The translations under genes and the position numbers were made by a program. DNA of 64,000 bases from Candidatus Margulisiibacteriota bacterium (lineage in GTDB: Bacteria; Margulisbacteria; WOR-1; O2-12-FULL-45-9). Shown in pieces: positions 18,950-29,675 of this stretch (position 1 is the stretch's first letter; each line of letters begins with the position of its first letter). The stretch is from contig JBDRHP010000020.1 of assembly GCA_043816785.1 (NCBI GenBank), forward strand, positions 1 to 64,000, read 5' to 3'. The notes under the pieces were generated by a model. The model was not told the origin of the DNA and did no database searches. It was given only the letters and a program-made list of their open reading frames with translations.

Positions 18950-19810
18950 ATGAGCCTATTAGATACCATACGAACAACCATGGTTGAGTTTTATACAGGA
19001 TCAGCTCCTGTTGGCCTAACTGGTTGCAATAGATCCTATAATAATGTTCAAAGTAATGTTCCCTCCATTACCTCCGAAACAACCTCGCCATTGCCTGACG
19101 CGCTGATTACTTGGCCGCCAAGCCTTAGCCAGGAATTAGTAGCTCATGATGATGCTAACTGGCAAAAGGCCAATTGGTCTAACGGCCAGCCATTTAATGT
19201 TTCCTGGCAACCTGACAACATAATTTTCCGCGATGGCCTGATGATTTTGCAATTGGACAACGAGGGGTGCCCGGCTGATTGCGATGGCCTGCCTTATGCC
19301 TCAGGAGAATATCGAACTATTCAGGAAGATTTTGGCCAGGGCTATTACGAAGCCAGGATCATGGGGTCTTCCGGCGAAGGGCTAAACACTTCTTTCTTTA
19401 TTTACAGCGGCGATAGCGGCTCAGAATCACATGACGAGATCGATGTCGTGGAGATCCTTGGGCGAAACTGCGAGCAGGTTCAAACCAACTACTATGTTGA
19501 AGGCAGAGGAAAACATGAACTCATGATTAACCTTGACTTCAATGCTTGCGAGGAGTTCCATAATTACGGCTTAGCTTGGTCAGAAGATACGCTGATTTGG
19601 TACATCGATGGCAGAGAAGTGCGCCGGGTGGCAGAAGATCTTTCCACTGAAGCTCACGAGCTCCCTTATCGCCCAGGAAAGATCACGGTTAACTTCTGGG
19701 CCGGAATCGGCGTAGAAGCTTGGCTGGGTAATTTTGCCTATCCAGGACACCCTATGGAAGCCCAGTATGATTGGCTAAGATTCTCTTCGCCATCTGAAAC
19801 AGCCCGGTAA
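18950..19810 (+). CDS. Glycoside hydrolase family 16 (lichenase/beta-glucanase-like)
   Basis: WSNGQPFNVSW, SGEYRT, FGQGYYEAR, catalytic DEIDVVE, FHNYGLAW and WYIDG. Confidence 0.9.
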   Translation: MSLLDTIRTTMVEFYTGSAPVGLTGCNRSYNNVQSNVPSITSETTSPLPDALITWPPSLSQELVAHDDANWQKANWSNGQPFNVSWQPDNIIFRDGLMILQLDNEGCPADCDGLPYASGEYRTIQEDFGQGYYEARIMGSSGEGLNTSFFIYSGDSGSESHDEIDVVEILGRNCEQVQTNYYVEGRGKHELMINLDFNACEEFHNYGLAWSEDTLIWYIDGREVRRVAEDLSTEAHELPYRPGKITVNFWAGIGVEAWLGNFAYPGHPMEAQYDWLRFSSPSETAR

Positions 19811-19817
19811 GTTGGGC

Positions 19818-21938
19818 CTATTTCATAAAATCCAGATCATTTAGGCTAACCGCTTCAAAATCGTCGCTTTTTCCTTTGACTTCTGTTTGATGATAATCGT
19901 TTAGGTCGATTTCGTCTTCATCCTGAGAGAGTCCGCCGACTGCGGACGAGTCAAAGGATTCCTCAACCTCCCATTTATCAAACAAACTCTCTGGAACTTC
20001 TTCCAAATAACGCGAGGTTTTCATCAAAACCTCACCTTCATAGCCAGAGTAGATCAATGGATAAGAAAGATAAAGCTCATCCTTGGCTCGAGTGACAGCA
20101 ACATAAAATAGCCGACGCTCCTCTTCCATCTCCTCTTCTTTCCCAAACGATAAGTATGAAGGGAAGCGGCCATCAGCTAACCAAACCACAAAAACAACTT
20201 TCCATTCTAAACCTTTTGCTTGATGAACCGTGGTTAAGACACAAGCTTCCTTATCTGCCTCCCCTCCCTCAACAACAGTTTCCGATTCAATCCCTGATAC
20301 TAAAGCCAAGGCGCTTAATAGTTCTTCTAAATCCTTAAATTGGAGAGCATAACTTCCCAGCTGTTCCAAATCTTCCAATCTTTCTCTATAATTCGGATAC
20401 TGGGTTTTTAAATAATCTTCATAACTTGACTCCGTAATTGTTTTGATCATCTCAGCCGGCTGGTCAACCTGTTCGCTGATCTTTCTCAATCGCTCCTGAA
20501 ACAGGCGGAAAGCCCGTTCCCCACCCTTAGGCACCAGGCCCAGCATCCCATCAGACAAAATTTCTTCTAGCGGCTTTAAGCTCTGTGTTATCTTCTGAAA
20601 TATTTTCTCGGCCGTGCGCTGACCAACTCGCTCTAACAGTTTTAAAATCCTCGCCCAAGCAATGGAATCGTAGGGATTATGAAAAACCTTTAAATGGGCT
20701 AACACATCCTTGATGTGCGCTTCTTCAAAAAAGCGCAAACCAGAGCGCACTTCAAAAGGGATGCCGCGCTTAGTTAACTCCATCTGGATTTCCATAGATT
20801 GGTAGTGTGAGCGATAAAGCACTGCCATGTCGTTTAAGGCGTGTCCTTCTTCACGCAATTCCAGCATACGCTGCGCAATAAATGAGGCCTGCTCATAAAC
20901 CGTGCTCATCGGCAAGACCACGGGCTTCTGTTCTCCAGTACGATTCGCCCGCAACTCTTTATTAAACCTCTCCTTGGCATTAAGGATTGACTGGTTGGCC
21001 AAATCTAATATGCCGGGAACAGAACGATGATTAAGTTCCAGCTTAAAAACCTTGGCCTCCGGGTACACCTTGGGAAAATCCATTATGTTTTTAAAGTGGG
21101 CACCGCGAAAAGAATAGATAGATTGGGAATCATCTCCCACGGCCATGATATTGCGATGCCCAGAAGCAAGCAGGTTAACAATCTTAGCCTGCAGAAGATT
21201 TGTGTCCTGGTATTCATCCACCAAAACATGCAGAAATTTTCTGGCGTATTTTTCAGCAATGTCTTTATTCTCCGAGAGCAGCTTCCACCAGTAATAAAGC
21301 AGGTCATCAAAGTCCATCAGATTGTGTTTTTTCTTTTTCTCTTGATAAGCCTTGCAGATCCCCTCAATTTCATCGGTCAAAGATTCAAACTGCGGATAAT
21401 TATAAGCAATAATATCAACAATCTTTTTGCCTTTATTCATCGCCAGTCCAAAGATGGATTGAAGATTGTCTCCCTTGGGAAAACGCCTGGCTTTTACGTC
21501 AATATTGGCGTCAGCAATGCAGGAGTCGATTAATTCCTTGGAGTCAGCGCGATCTAGAATTGTATAATTTGATTCATAACCAACTAGTTTGGCATGGCGG
21601 CGGATAATCCTGTTCCCCACGCTATGAAAAGTCCCACCCCAAATATCTTTTACGTCACGGCCTAATAACATTTCGACGCGTGACAACATTTCTTTGGCTG
21701 CTTTGTTGGTAAAAGTGACCAGCAGGATGCGATCCAGCGGCACGCCGGATTCAACCAGATAGGCAACACGATAAGTAACTGTACGAGTTTTGCCAGAGCC
21801 TGCCCCGGCAATGACCAGCATCGGCCCGCCAGAAAAAGTCGCAACCGGCAATTGCTCTTCAGTCAGTTCTTTCTGATAATCAATACGAAAATTCTTTTCC
21901 GCATTAAAATGGGTTTTTAAAACGTACTTGCGGGGCAT
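19818..21938 (-). CDS. UvrD/PcrA family DNA helicase
   Basis: AGAGSGKT, TFTNKAA, VDEYQDTN, VGDDSQSIYSFRGA, HQAKGLEW and EERRLFYVAVTRA; start set at ATG 21938. Confidence 0.95.
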   Translation of the reverse strand: MPRKYVLKTHFNAEKNFRIDYQKELTEEQLPVATFSGGPMLVIAGAGSGKTRTVTYRVAYLVESGVPLDRILLVTFTNKAAKEMLSRVEMLLGRDVKDIWGGTFHSVGNRIIRRHAKLVGYESNYTILDRADSKELIDSCIADANIDVKARRFPKGDNLQSIFGLAMNKGKKIVDIIAYNYPQFESLTDEIEGICKAYQEKKKKHNLMDFDDLLYYWWKLLSENKDIAEKYARKFLHVLVDEYQDTNLLQAKIVNLLASGHRNIMAVGDDSQSIYSFRGAHFKNIMDFPKVYPEAKVFKLELNHRSVPGILDLANQSILNAKERFNKELRANRTGEQKPVVLPMSTVYEQASFIAQRMLELREEGHALNDMAVLYRSHYQSMEIQMELTKRGIPFEVRSGLRFFEEAHIKDVLAHLKVFHNPYDSIAWARILKLLERVGQRTAEKIFQKITQSLKPLEEILSDGMLGLVPKGGERAFRLFQERLRKISEQVDQPAEMIKTITESSYEDYLKTQYPNYRERLEDLEQLGSYALQFKDLEELLSALALVSGIESETVVEGGEADKEACVLTTVHQAKGLEWKVVFVVWLADGRFPSYLSFGKEEEMEEERRLFYVAVTRAKDELYLSYPLIYSGYEGEVLMKTSRYLEEVPESLFDKWEVEESFDSSAVGGLSQDEDEIDLNDYHQTEVKGKSDDFEAVSLNDLDFMK

Positions 21939-21992
21939 TGGATGTTTTATTATAACAGAAAAAATGGGCCCCCGCCACACGGCAAAACCCCG

Positions 21993-22027
21993 CAAGGTTT
22001 ACCTAAAAAAAACCGATATATATAGTA
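21993..22027 (+). promoter_or_regulatory. Sigma-28-like promoter motif, copy 3
   Basis: CAAG-gtttacctaaaaaaaac(17)-CGATATATATAGTA. Confidence 0.7.
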
Positions 22028-22070
22028 TATAAAACAGCCCCTAACGGCTTTAAAACAGAGAGGGCGAGAA

Positions 22071-23159
22071 ATGACAGTTATCGGAACTTTTACACAATAT
22101 AGACAGCTCGGCTCCAGGCTTTTACAGCAATATGGAACCGACACAAACAACGATGAGCAAATAAGCCAAGAAGAAGTTAATCCGCAACACCAGGAAAGGT
22201 TTAGCCAAATTGCCTCCAGAGATGGGGATAGCGCGACAATTTCATATAGGGACGTATTGGCTGAAGCAAATCACTCAATTGCTCCCCAGCTAGAAGAAAG
22301 TCTTCAAGCGATGGCCGCTGATCCTGGCAGATACTATGCAACAGATCCATTTGTCGGAACTCTAGCTGCTCGGTCATCTGCCTTCGCTAGCTTTATTAGA
22401 TCCAACCCTCAATATGGCGCTTTTTTTAGAGATCTATATGAAGGAGCGCATTCAAACAGCATCTCCGCTGTTATGACCATGATCCCAAGTCAATATGCGG
22501 AACAGGCTTCGGCATTAGCCGATCCTCATCTTCAAGCGCTCCTAACCAGTGTAGGCCGCTCGCCAGAACAGGCTTTTTCCTTTGGAACTGGATTTCAAGC
22601 TGGAGTAACATTTATTTATGATGTAGAGAATGATTGCAACACCTGGAATTTGCATGTTTATCTCGACTCAGATGGCGCACGAACGGAGTTTGCTGGAGGC
22701 GAATATGTTGTCCCTTGGCAAAATTGCGGCATTCACGAATTAGGGCATGTAGCTAGAACTCAGCGCCTTTCTCCCGAAGATATCCCTTTTGAGCAGGAAG
22801 CGGCTGAAGAATTAGCAAATGTCTGCGAGCAAATAATCCTCCAAGATAATATTATGAGAAACATTTTAAACTTGAGCCCAGATACAACTGTTGCTTATCC
22901 CCTGGGAATCGCAACCGAGAGAGAAGCAATTCCTTTGGGAAATTTCGCGATCATGATGCGAGGGTTAGTTGCTCTCTACGGCAATATTGAAAGCGCCTTA
23001 ATGAGCCAAGAATTTCAAGCCTTTCTTGGTCAACATTATTCGGCTTCAGATGGGGAAGAAGTTCAAGAAGAAAGCGCCGGCTCAAATGCGTCTCTGTCAA
23101 GAGGGGGCTTAGAATCAACCCCGAGGCCTCTTCAACACACACTAAGTACTAGTTTATAA
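22071..23159 (+). CDS. Orphan protein with EF-hand-like loop and HExxH zinc-metallopeptidase motif
   Basis: DTNNDEQISQEE; GIHELGH with a downstream EAAEE; 362-aa ORF with SD-like GAGGG. Confidence 0.7.
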   Translation: MTVIGTFTQYRQLGSRLLQQYGTDTNNDEQISQEEVNPQHQERFSQIASRDGDSATISYRDVLAEANHSIAPQLEESLQAMAADPGRYYATDPFVGTLAARSSAFASFIRSNPQYGAFFRDLYEGAHSNSISAVMTMIPSQYAEQASALADPHLQALLTSVGRSPEQAFSFGTGFQAGVTFIYDVENDCNTWNLHVYLDSDGARTEFAGGEYVVPWQNCGIHELGHVARTQRLSPEDIPFEQEAAEELANVCEQIILQDNIMRNILNLSPDTTVAYPLGIATEREAIPLGNFAIMMRGLVALYGNIESALMSQEFQAFLGQHYSASDGEEVQEESAGSNASLSRGGLESTPRPLQHTLSTSL

Positions 23160-23970
23160 CTTCTAAACTAATATCTAGCGCTTTTGCAGAATGCGTCAGA
23201 GCCCCAACTGAAATAGCATTAACGCCCGTCTTCGCAATCTTGCGCACAGTTTTTAAATTGACTCCGCCCGATGCCTCTGTCAAAAGCTTAGCCTTTTTAC
23301 ATAACTTGACAGCTTGGCGCAAAGTTTTAATGTTCATATTATCTAAAAGAATTGTATCCGCTCCCGCCTTTATCGCCTGTTTAACTTGCGCGATAGTTTT
23401 CGCTTCAACCTCTATCGCCTGCTTATCGCCGTATCTCCCTCTGACGCCCTCTACGGCCTTCTCAATCCCTTTTCCCAAAACAAGATGATTGTCCTTGATC
23501 AAAATAGCATCATATAATCCCATGCGATGGTTAGTCCCGCCGCCAAGCTTAACCGCGTATTTTTCGAGAGCTCGCAGTCCAGGGGTCGTTTTCCTGGTAT
23601 CAAGGATCGAGGTGCGGGGGACAAGGGACGTAAATTTATTTGTCAAGGTGGCGACTCCTGACAAGTGCTGGAGAAAGTTCAAGGCTACCCGCTCGCCTGT
23701 TAGTATCCCTCTAGCCGGACCAGAAACCGTGGCAATGATCTTGCCTTTTTTAACCTTTGCCCCGTCTCTTACTTTGGGCACAAATTTAATTCTTCGATCA
23801 AACTGATTAAAAACCTCTTTGGCCACCGCCAAGCCGGCAACAACGCCAGCCTCCTTCGCCAAAACCCTTCCCCTGGCTACTGCACTACTATCTACGGCAC
23901 TACAGGTAGTAATATCCCCACCCCCAACATCTTCTTTCAAAGCAATTTTTACGACCTGCTTAAGGTTCAT
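23149..23970 (-). CDS. nadC: Nicotinate-nucleotide pyrophosphorylase
   Basis: ALKEDVGGGDIT, ERVALNFL, DTRKTTPGLR, HRMGLYD.ILIKDNH and EASGG motifs. Confidence 0.97.
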   Translation of the reverse strand: MNLKQVVKIALKEDVGGGDITTCSAVDSSAVARGRVLAKEAGVVAGLAVAKEVFNQFDRRIKFVPKVRDGAKVKKGKIIATVSGPARGILTGERVALNFLQHLSGVATLTNKFTSLVPRTSILDTRKTTPGLRALEKYAVKLGGGTNHRMGLYDAILIKDNHLVLGKGIEKAVEGVRGRYGDKQAIEVEAKTIAQVKQAIKAGADTILLDNMNIKTLRQAVKLCKKAKLLTEASGGVNLKTVRKIAKTGVNAISVGALTHSAKALDISLEVIN

Positions 23971-24767
23971 CGCAAGATCACCCAAACAAGATAATAATAG
24001 ACAACTGGCGCGGTAAGAATAAAGCTATCCATGCGGTCTAAAACCCCGCCATGGCCAGGCACCAGAGAAGAAGAATCCTTAACCCCGGCATCTCGCTTTA
24101 TCAGCGACTCGACCAGGTCGCTCAGTTGGGCAACAAAGCCGATGAGCGCCCCCAAAATTAAGGAGTGCGTCATATCAAACCCAGCGTAGTAACCAAAAAT
24201 GCCCGCGGCAACCAAGCAGACCATAAAACCTGCAGCCGCGCCTTCGATGGTCTTCTTGGGTGAAACTGAAGGAAAGAGCTTGTGCTTGCCAAATTTTGTG
24301 CCAAAGAAATAGGCCACCACATCCAAAGCCCAGATAGTTATCAGTAGAAAGAGTAAATAGGCTCCCCGCTCTGTCAGCGCCCTGATGAACAAAAAATAAC
24401 TAAAAAACCAGCCAATATAAAACATGCCAAGGAAAGTAACAGCAATGTCAACGATCGCTTCCTTGGGGCGCTTCAAAAACAGCGTGGCAACCATGGTTAC
24501 CAGCGCTGAGCCGGTTAAAATCGCCGAATGAGCCGGCTCCCAGTTTTTTTTCAAAGCGTAATAAGCAAAAACAATAAAAAATATAGTGAAGAAATTTCCA
24601 ACCCAGTAAGCTGGCCGAAAATCTTTTTTCTGCATCATGTTATAAAACTCATTGATCGAGGCAATGGCCAGCGCCAGGACTAGGAGCAGAAAAGCTACGC
24701 CGCCAAAGTAAACACAAGCGATAATGATCGGCACAGTTATTAAAGCTGTGAGAATTCTAACCAGCAT
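23967..24767 (-). CDS. cdsA: Phosphatidate cytidylyltransferase
   Basis: SPKKTIEG and DLVESLIKRDAGVKDS..PGHGGVLDRMDS motifs. Confidence 0.95.
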   Translation of the reverse strand: MLVRILTALITVPIIIACVYFGGVAFLLLVLALAIASINEFYNMMQKKDFRPAYWVGNFFTIFFIVFAYYALKKNWEPAHSAILTGSALVTMVATLFLKRPKEAIVDIAVTFLGMFYIGWFFSYFLFIRALTERGAYLLFLLITIWALDVVAYFFGTKFGKHKLFPSVSPKKTIEGAAAGFMVCLVAAGIFGYYAGFDMTHSLILGALIGFVAQLSDLVESLIKRDAGVKDSSSLVPGHGGVLDRMDSFILTAPVVYYYLVWVILR

Positions 24768-25521
24768 CAATTTGCTCCGCGGTTTTACCAAATTTTCTTA
24801 AACGTTTTTGATATGCTTCTATGGCCGCTTTCAACTGGTCGCGCCGAAAATCAGGCCAGAGGACCGGCGTTACATAGATCTCGGCATAAGCGATCTGCCA
24901 GAGCAAAAAATTTGAGACTCGCAGCTCGGAGGCGGTACGAATTAATAAGTCCGGATCGGGCAGGCCCTTAGTATATAAATGCTGGCTGATCGTATTCTCG
25001 TCGATTTCTCTCCGACCCTCGGCAACTATTTCCTTAACCGCGTCAACCAGCTCCGCTCGGCCGCCATAATTGACCATCACATTCAAGGTTATCCGGTCAT
25101 TATCCTTGGTCTGCTCCATTGCCTTAGACATTTTTTGCTTAAGTTCTGGAGAAAATTTTTGCAGCCGGCCCAAAAATCTTAGTTTGACCTTGTTGGCCAT
25201 CAATTCTTCGACTTCGTTGTCAATGGTTTGGCCGAACAATTCCATTAAGAAATCAACTTCTTCCTGCGGGCGGTTCCAATTCTCAGTAGAAAAGGCGTAG
25301 ACAGTTAAAAATTTAACGCCGTATTCAGCGCAAGCCTTGAGTACCGCCCGGACCGACGCAGAGCCTTCGCGATGGCCGGCAATGCGCGGCAAACCACGCT
25401 CTTTGGCCCAACGGCCATTCCCGTCCATGATAATCGCGATATGTTGGGGGACGTTTTGCAGGCCCAGGTTAGACCTCCATGATCTCTTTTTGCTTAGTGG
25501 CCAAAAGGTGATCAACTTCAC
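24757..25521 (-). CDS. uppS: Undecaprenyl diphosphate synthase (start uncertain, possibly CTG at 25467)
   Basis: HIAIIMDGNGRWA, YAFSTENWNRP and RTASELRVSNFLLWQ motifs. Confidence 0.95.
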   Translation of the reverse strand: MKLITFWPLSKKRSWRSNLGLQNVPQHIAIIMDGNGRWAKERGLPRIAGHREGSASVRAVLKACAEYGVKFLTVYAFSTENWNRPQEEVDFLMELFGQTIDNEVEELMANKVKLRFLGRLQKFSPELKQKMSKAMEQTKDNDRITLNVMVNYGGRAELVDAVKEIVAEGRREIDENTISQHLYTKGLPDPDLLIRTASELRVSNFLLWQIAYAEIYVTPVLWPDFRRDQLKAAIEAYQKRLRKFGKTAEQIDAG

Positions 25522-26023
25522 TGCAGTATTTGTTGGTCATGTCCTGGACTTTTTTATCTAGGTTTTTTTCGTCGTCTTCGGTGATCTTTTTCTCGTTCTT
25601 TTGTTTTTTCAAGCTGTCATTGGCTTCGCGGCGAACATTCCTGATCGCCACTTTAGCATCTTCCGTTTCCTTTTTTACAACTTTGACCAGCTCTTTTCTT
25701 CGTTCCTCCGATGGTTGCGGCAAGCTCAAGCGAAGCACATTGGCTTCCCGGCTTGGGTTAATGCCCAGATCTGACGTTAAAATGGCCTTTTCAATCGCCT
25801 GGGCAGCGGTCTTATCATAAGGAGTAATTAAAAGCTGGCGCGGCTCAGGCACAGAGATCGAAGCCAGCTGCTTCAATGGCGTGGGTGAGCCGTAATAATC
25901 AACATTAATGTGGTCAAGCAAGGCCGGGTTAGCGCGCCCGGTCCTAACCGCCACAAAATTCCTTTTTAAAACTTCGATCGCCGTTTTCATTTTCGCATCG
26001 CTTTCTTTTATCGCATCCTGCAT
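25469..26023 (-). CDS. frr: Ribosome recycling factor
   Basis: RTGRANP, YYGSPTPL and AIRNVRR motifs. Confidence 0.97.
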   Translation of the reverse strand: MQDAIKESDAKMKTAIEVLKRNFVAVRTGRANPALLDHINVDYYGSPTPLKQLASISVPEPRQLLITPYDKTAAQAIEKAILTSDLGINPSREANVLRLSLPQPSEERRKELVKVVKKETEDAKVAIRNVRREANDSLKKQKNEKKITEDDEKNLDKKVQDMTNKYCSEVDHLLATKQKEIMEV

Positions 26024-26050
26024 TTTGTTGCCCTCCTAGACTGAAGTAAA

Positions 26051-26767
26051 TTATTCTTCGACCGCGATCAGCGTGCCTACGGCTTGCCCCTGGACCGCTT
26101 TGCGGATATTACCGTGTTTGGTCATGTCAAAGACAATAATGGGGATGCTGTTCTCCATGCAGAGCGAGGCAGCGGTGGTGTCTAAAACCCTCAATCTTTT
26201 TTGGATCAGCTTCATATGCGTTATCTTCTTAAATTTCTTAGCGTCCTGGTGGTGGACCGGGTCTTTATCATAAACTCCGCCAACCTTGGTAGCTTTTAAA
26301 ACCACGTCAACATTAAGCTCGGCCGCGCGCAAGGCCGCGGTAGTGTCCGTTGAAAAATAAGGGTTGCCGGTCCCAGCCGCTAAAATTACCACCCGCCCCT
26401 TTTCCATGTGGCGAATGGCCCGGCGGCGGATAAACGGCTCAGCAATTGATCTCATCTCAATGGCGGTTTGGACCCGAGAAGGCGCCCCAACGCTTTCCAG
26501 GGCATCCTGTAGCGCCAGGGAATTGATCACAGTTGCCAGCATGCCCATGTAGTCGCCCGTGGCCCGGTCAATGCCCTTTACTGCGCCGGCCACACCCCGG
26601 AAAATATTGCCGCCGCCCACCACGATCGCGATATCAACGCCTAATTTTTTTACGGTTTTGATCTCTTCAGCCAGGAGCTTCAGCAAATCCAGGTCAATGC
26701 CATGCTTGCGTTTGCCGCCAAAGACTTCGCCGGAGAGTTTTAAGAGGATGCGTTTGTACTTAGCCAT
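26051..26767 (-). CDS. pyrH: UMP kinase
   Basis: [23 protein letters not shown] and GNPYFSTDT motifs. Confidence 0.97.
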   Translation of the reverse strand: MAKYKRILLKLSGEVFGGKRKHGIDLDLLKLLAEEIKTVKKLGVDIAIVVGGGNIFRGVAGAVKGIDRATGDYMGMLATVINSLALQDALESVGAPSRVQTAIEMRSIAEPFIRRRAIRHMEKGRVVILAAGTGNPYFSTDTTAALRAAELNVDVVLKATKVGGVYDKDPVHHQDAKKFKKITHMKLIQKRLRVLDTTAASLCMENSIPIIVFDMTKHGNIRKAVQGQAVGTLIAVEE

Positions 26768-26811
26768 TTAGTCTTGTCCTTTATGGAAAAATATACTATA
26801 ATTTGAATGAA

Positions 26812-27855
26812 ATGTCTATGCTTTTTCCATACTTTGAATTAATGGCATCACTCTTCGTCCTGCTGCTTTGTTTTCAGATTTTCACCCGCCATTATGACAA
26901 CAGGGTCGCGCGCTTCTTTGCCCTGTTTGCCCTGGTGGCCTTCTTAGCAGCTATTCTGGAATATTCCTTAAGGATCGCCTTTACGCTAGATCTGGCCAGA
27001 GATCTTAACCGGATCGCCGCCTCGCTCTGGGCTTTTGTTTTTTCCATGTTCGCCCATTTTTCTTTTGTTTTCGCTAAAAAGAAAAAATTTCTGGAAAATC
27101 CTTTGTCGCTGGTTTTCTTCTACCTGCCGCCGGCGATCTTAACCCTGCTCTTCTGCTTCACCAACTTAATGTACGCGCGCTACGAGATCTGGTCGATCGG
27201 CATTGTCAGCCAGCCGGCGCCGACTTACTGGCTTTTCCTGCTGCAAAACTTTTTCTATGCTCTCCTGGGCATTACGACGATCTTTTTGTTCGGCCTTAAG
27301 GCGCAGCAAAAGATGGTCAGAACCCAAGCCTTCATCATTGCGATTGGTTCGTTAATCCCCCTGGTCATCGGCCTGCTAAGCGACGAACTCCTGCCGCTAC
27401 TGATGGGCGTCAGGATCATGTTCCCGACTGCGGTCTTTGCTATCGCGGTTATGAACCTGTTCATTTATATTGCCATGCGGCGCTACAGCCTTTTTGCGGT
27501 CTCGCCGGCGATCGCAGCCGACGTGATCATCGAAACCATGCCGGATGCCTTGCTGGCCACAGACCTTGAGGGCAAGATGCTCTTTATCAATGAAGAGGCG
27601 GAGAAATTATTTTGTGTTGAAAATTGCGAGCTGGTGGGCCAGGATTTTAGCTCGCTGTTCAAGAACCAGGCGAAGTACGAAAAACTTTACAATGAGGTTG
27701 TCCTGAAGAAAAAGGAAATTCTGCGTTATGAGGCCGAACTTTTGGACCCCCGCGGCGAGCGGCTTCCCGCCCTGATCAACGCCAATCTGCTGAGAGATAA
27801 GATAGTAGGAGATACCATCGGTATCATTTTTGTGGTCCGCGATATCCGCGGTTAA
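26812..27855 (+). CDS. Seven-TM sensor domain (HisKA_7TM-like) plus PAS domain, with no output domain
   Basis: About 7 hydrophobic segments, then IIETMPDALLATDLEG..IN..AE and IIFVVRDI, then stop. Confidence 0.75.
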   Translation: MSMLFPYFELMASLFVLLLCFQIFTRHYDNRVARFFALFALVAFLAAILEYSLRIAFTLDLARDLNRIAASLWAFVFSMFAHFSFVFAKKKKFLENPLSLVFFYLPPAILTLLFCFTNLMYARYEIWSIGIVSQPAPTYWLFLLQNFFYALLGITTIFLFGLKAQQKMVRTQAFIIAIGSLIPLVIGLLSDELLPLLMGVRIMFPTAVFAIAVMNLFIYIAMRRYSLFAVSPAIAADVIIETMPDALLATDLEGKMLFINEEAEKLFCVENCELVGQDFSSLFKNQAKYEKLYNEVVLKKKEILRYEAELLDPRGERLPALINANLLRDKIVGDTIGIIFVVRDIRG

Positions 27856-27867
27856 ATCTTTTCTCCC

Positions 27868-29625
27868 ATGAAAGAATACGACATTATTGTAATCGGCGCC
27901 GGCCATGCCGGCATTGAAGCTGCTTTGGCTTCTGCCCGGCTAGGTTGCCGCACCCTTCTTTTAACCATGAACGTTGACGCCGTTGCCTTAATGTCTTGTA
28001 ACCCCGCCATGGGCGGGCCAGCCAAAAGTCAGCTGATTAGAGAGGTTGACGCTTTGGGCGGACAAATCGGCATCTCAACTGATCTAACTTTTCTTCAGAT
28101 GAAAACGCTCAACACCAATAATGGGCCCGCAGTCCAGGCTTTGCGCGCCCAATCCGACCGCCAGCTGTACCACCTTGTCATGAAAGAGGTTTTAGGATCA
28201 CAGCAAAACCTTGACTTAAAACAAGACGAAGTCGTGGACCTTTTAACAAATGATTCGGTGATTACCGGCGTGTGCACCAGACTTGGTTATGTTTACCGCG
28301 GAAAAACCGTCATTGTCACTTCTGGGACGTTTCTTAATGGTGTAATCCATGTTGGCATGAAGCACACGGAAGCAGGAAGAATGGGGGAGCTCCCTGCCAA
28401 AGGGCTGTCGGATTCTCTGCGAAACTTAGGTTTGCGCTTGGGTCGTTTAAAAACAGGAACTCCGGCACGATTAAAGAAAGGTTCGATCGATTTTTCCAAG
28501 ATGAAACCTCAACCAGGCGATGAGCCGCCAAGATTTTTCTCATTTATCTGGGAGTACAAACAATATGGTTTGCCCAATGTTCCGGACAACCCTCAGGTCA
28601 CATTGCCCCAGGTACTTTGCCATCTTACCTGGACAAACGAACAAACACACGAAATCATTCGCGCCAACCTGGACCGCTCGCCGCTTTTCCAAGGAAAAAT
28701 AAAAGGTGTTGGCCCGCGCTATTGCCCCTCGATCGAAGACAAGGTAGTGCGTTTCCCGGAAAAGAAACGCCAGCAATGCTTTATTGAGCCCACTGGCCGA
28801 AATACTTCAGAAATGTACGCCCAGGGCATGTCAACTTCCCTGCCTGAAGACGTGCAGCTGGCCATGCTGCGCACCATGCCCGGGTTAGAAAAAGTTGAAT
28901 TACTCCGGCCTGGCTATGCCGTGGAATACGATTACGTCCCCTCATCGCAACTTAACTATACGCTGGAAACAAAAGATCTTTCCGGCCTTTTTTGCGCCGG
29001 CCAGATCAACGGCACGTCCGGCTATGAGGAAGCGGCGGCCCAGGGGCTGGTTGCCGGGGTTAACGCGGCCCTAAAGGTTAAAGGCCAAGACCCCTTAATT
29101 CTTGGCCGGGACGAAGGCTATATCGGCACGCTGATCGATGATCTGATCACCAAAGACATTGAAGAACCCTACCGCATGCTGACCTCTCGCTCAGAATACC
29201 GGTTAATCCTGCGGCAAGACAACGCCGACTTGCGGCTAACAGAAAAGGGCCACAAAGTCGGCCTGATCTCTGAAGCAAGATTTAAATGTTTTGAAAAAAA
29301 ACAAAAGGCCATAGAAAACGGGGACATAATTTCTGTTGAGGTTTCGGAACAACTCAATATAAGCGAAAAATACCGCGGGTATATCAAACGCCAGCTGCAG
29401 CAGGTCGAAAAATTCAAGCGGCTGGAGGGCAAGGGCCTCCCGCCACAACTTGATTTTCAAAACCTGCATGGACTGTCTAGCGAAGCCCGGCATAAATTGG
29501 CTAAACTTAGGCCGGTCTCAATCGGCCAGGCTTCAAGGATCGCCGGGGTCTCTCCCGCCGACATTTCGGTCTTGCTCGTTCACCTAGAAACTTATAGACG
29601 CGGGCGCCCGGCCATGGTAAAATAA
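27868..29625 (+). CDS. mnmG: tRNA uridine 5-carboxymethylaminomethyl modification enzyme
   Basis: [33 protein letters not shown] and [14 protein letters not shown] motifs. Confidence 0.97.
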   Translation: MKEYDIIVIGAGHAGIEAALASARLGCRTLLLTMNVDAVALMSCNPAMGGPAKSQLIREVDALGGQIGISTDLTFLQMKTLNTNNGPAVQALRAQSDRQLYHLVMKEVLGSQQNLDLKQDEVVDLLTNDSVITGVCTRLGYVYRGKTVIVTSGTFLNGVIHVGMKHTEAGRMGELPAKGLSDSLRNLGLRLGRLKTGTPARLKKGSIDFSKMKPQPGDEPPRFFSFIWEYKQYGLPNVPDNPQVTLPQVLCHLTWTNEQTHEIIRANLDRSPLFQGKIKGVGPRYCPSIEDKVVRFPEKKRQQCFIEPTGRNTSEMYAQGMSTSLPEDVQLAMLRTMPGLEKVELLRPGYAVEYDYVPSSQLNYTLETKDLSGLFCAGQINGTSGYEEAAAQGLVAGVNAALKVKGQDPLILGRDEGYIGTLIDDLITKDIEEPYRMLTSRSEYRLILRQDNADLRLTEKGHKVGLISEARFKCFEKKQKAIENGDIISVEVSEQLNISEKYRGYIKRQLQQVEKFKRLEGKGLPPQLDFQNLHGLSSEARHKLAKLRPVSIGQASRIAGVSPADISVLLVHLETYRRGRPAMVK

Positions 29626-29675
29626 CACGTTCGTTTTGCGCGAATCTTTTATTCAAGAACTAGGAGGTGAAAGAA

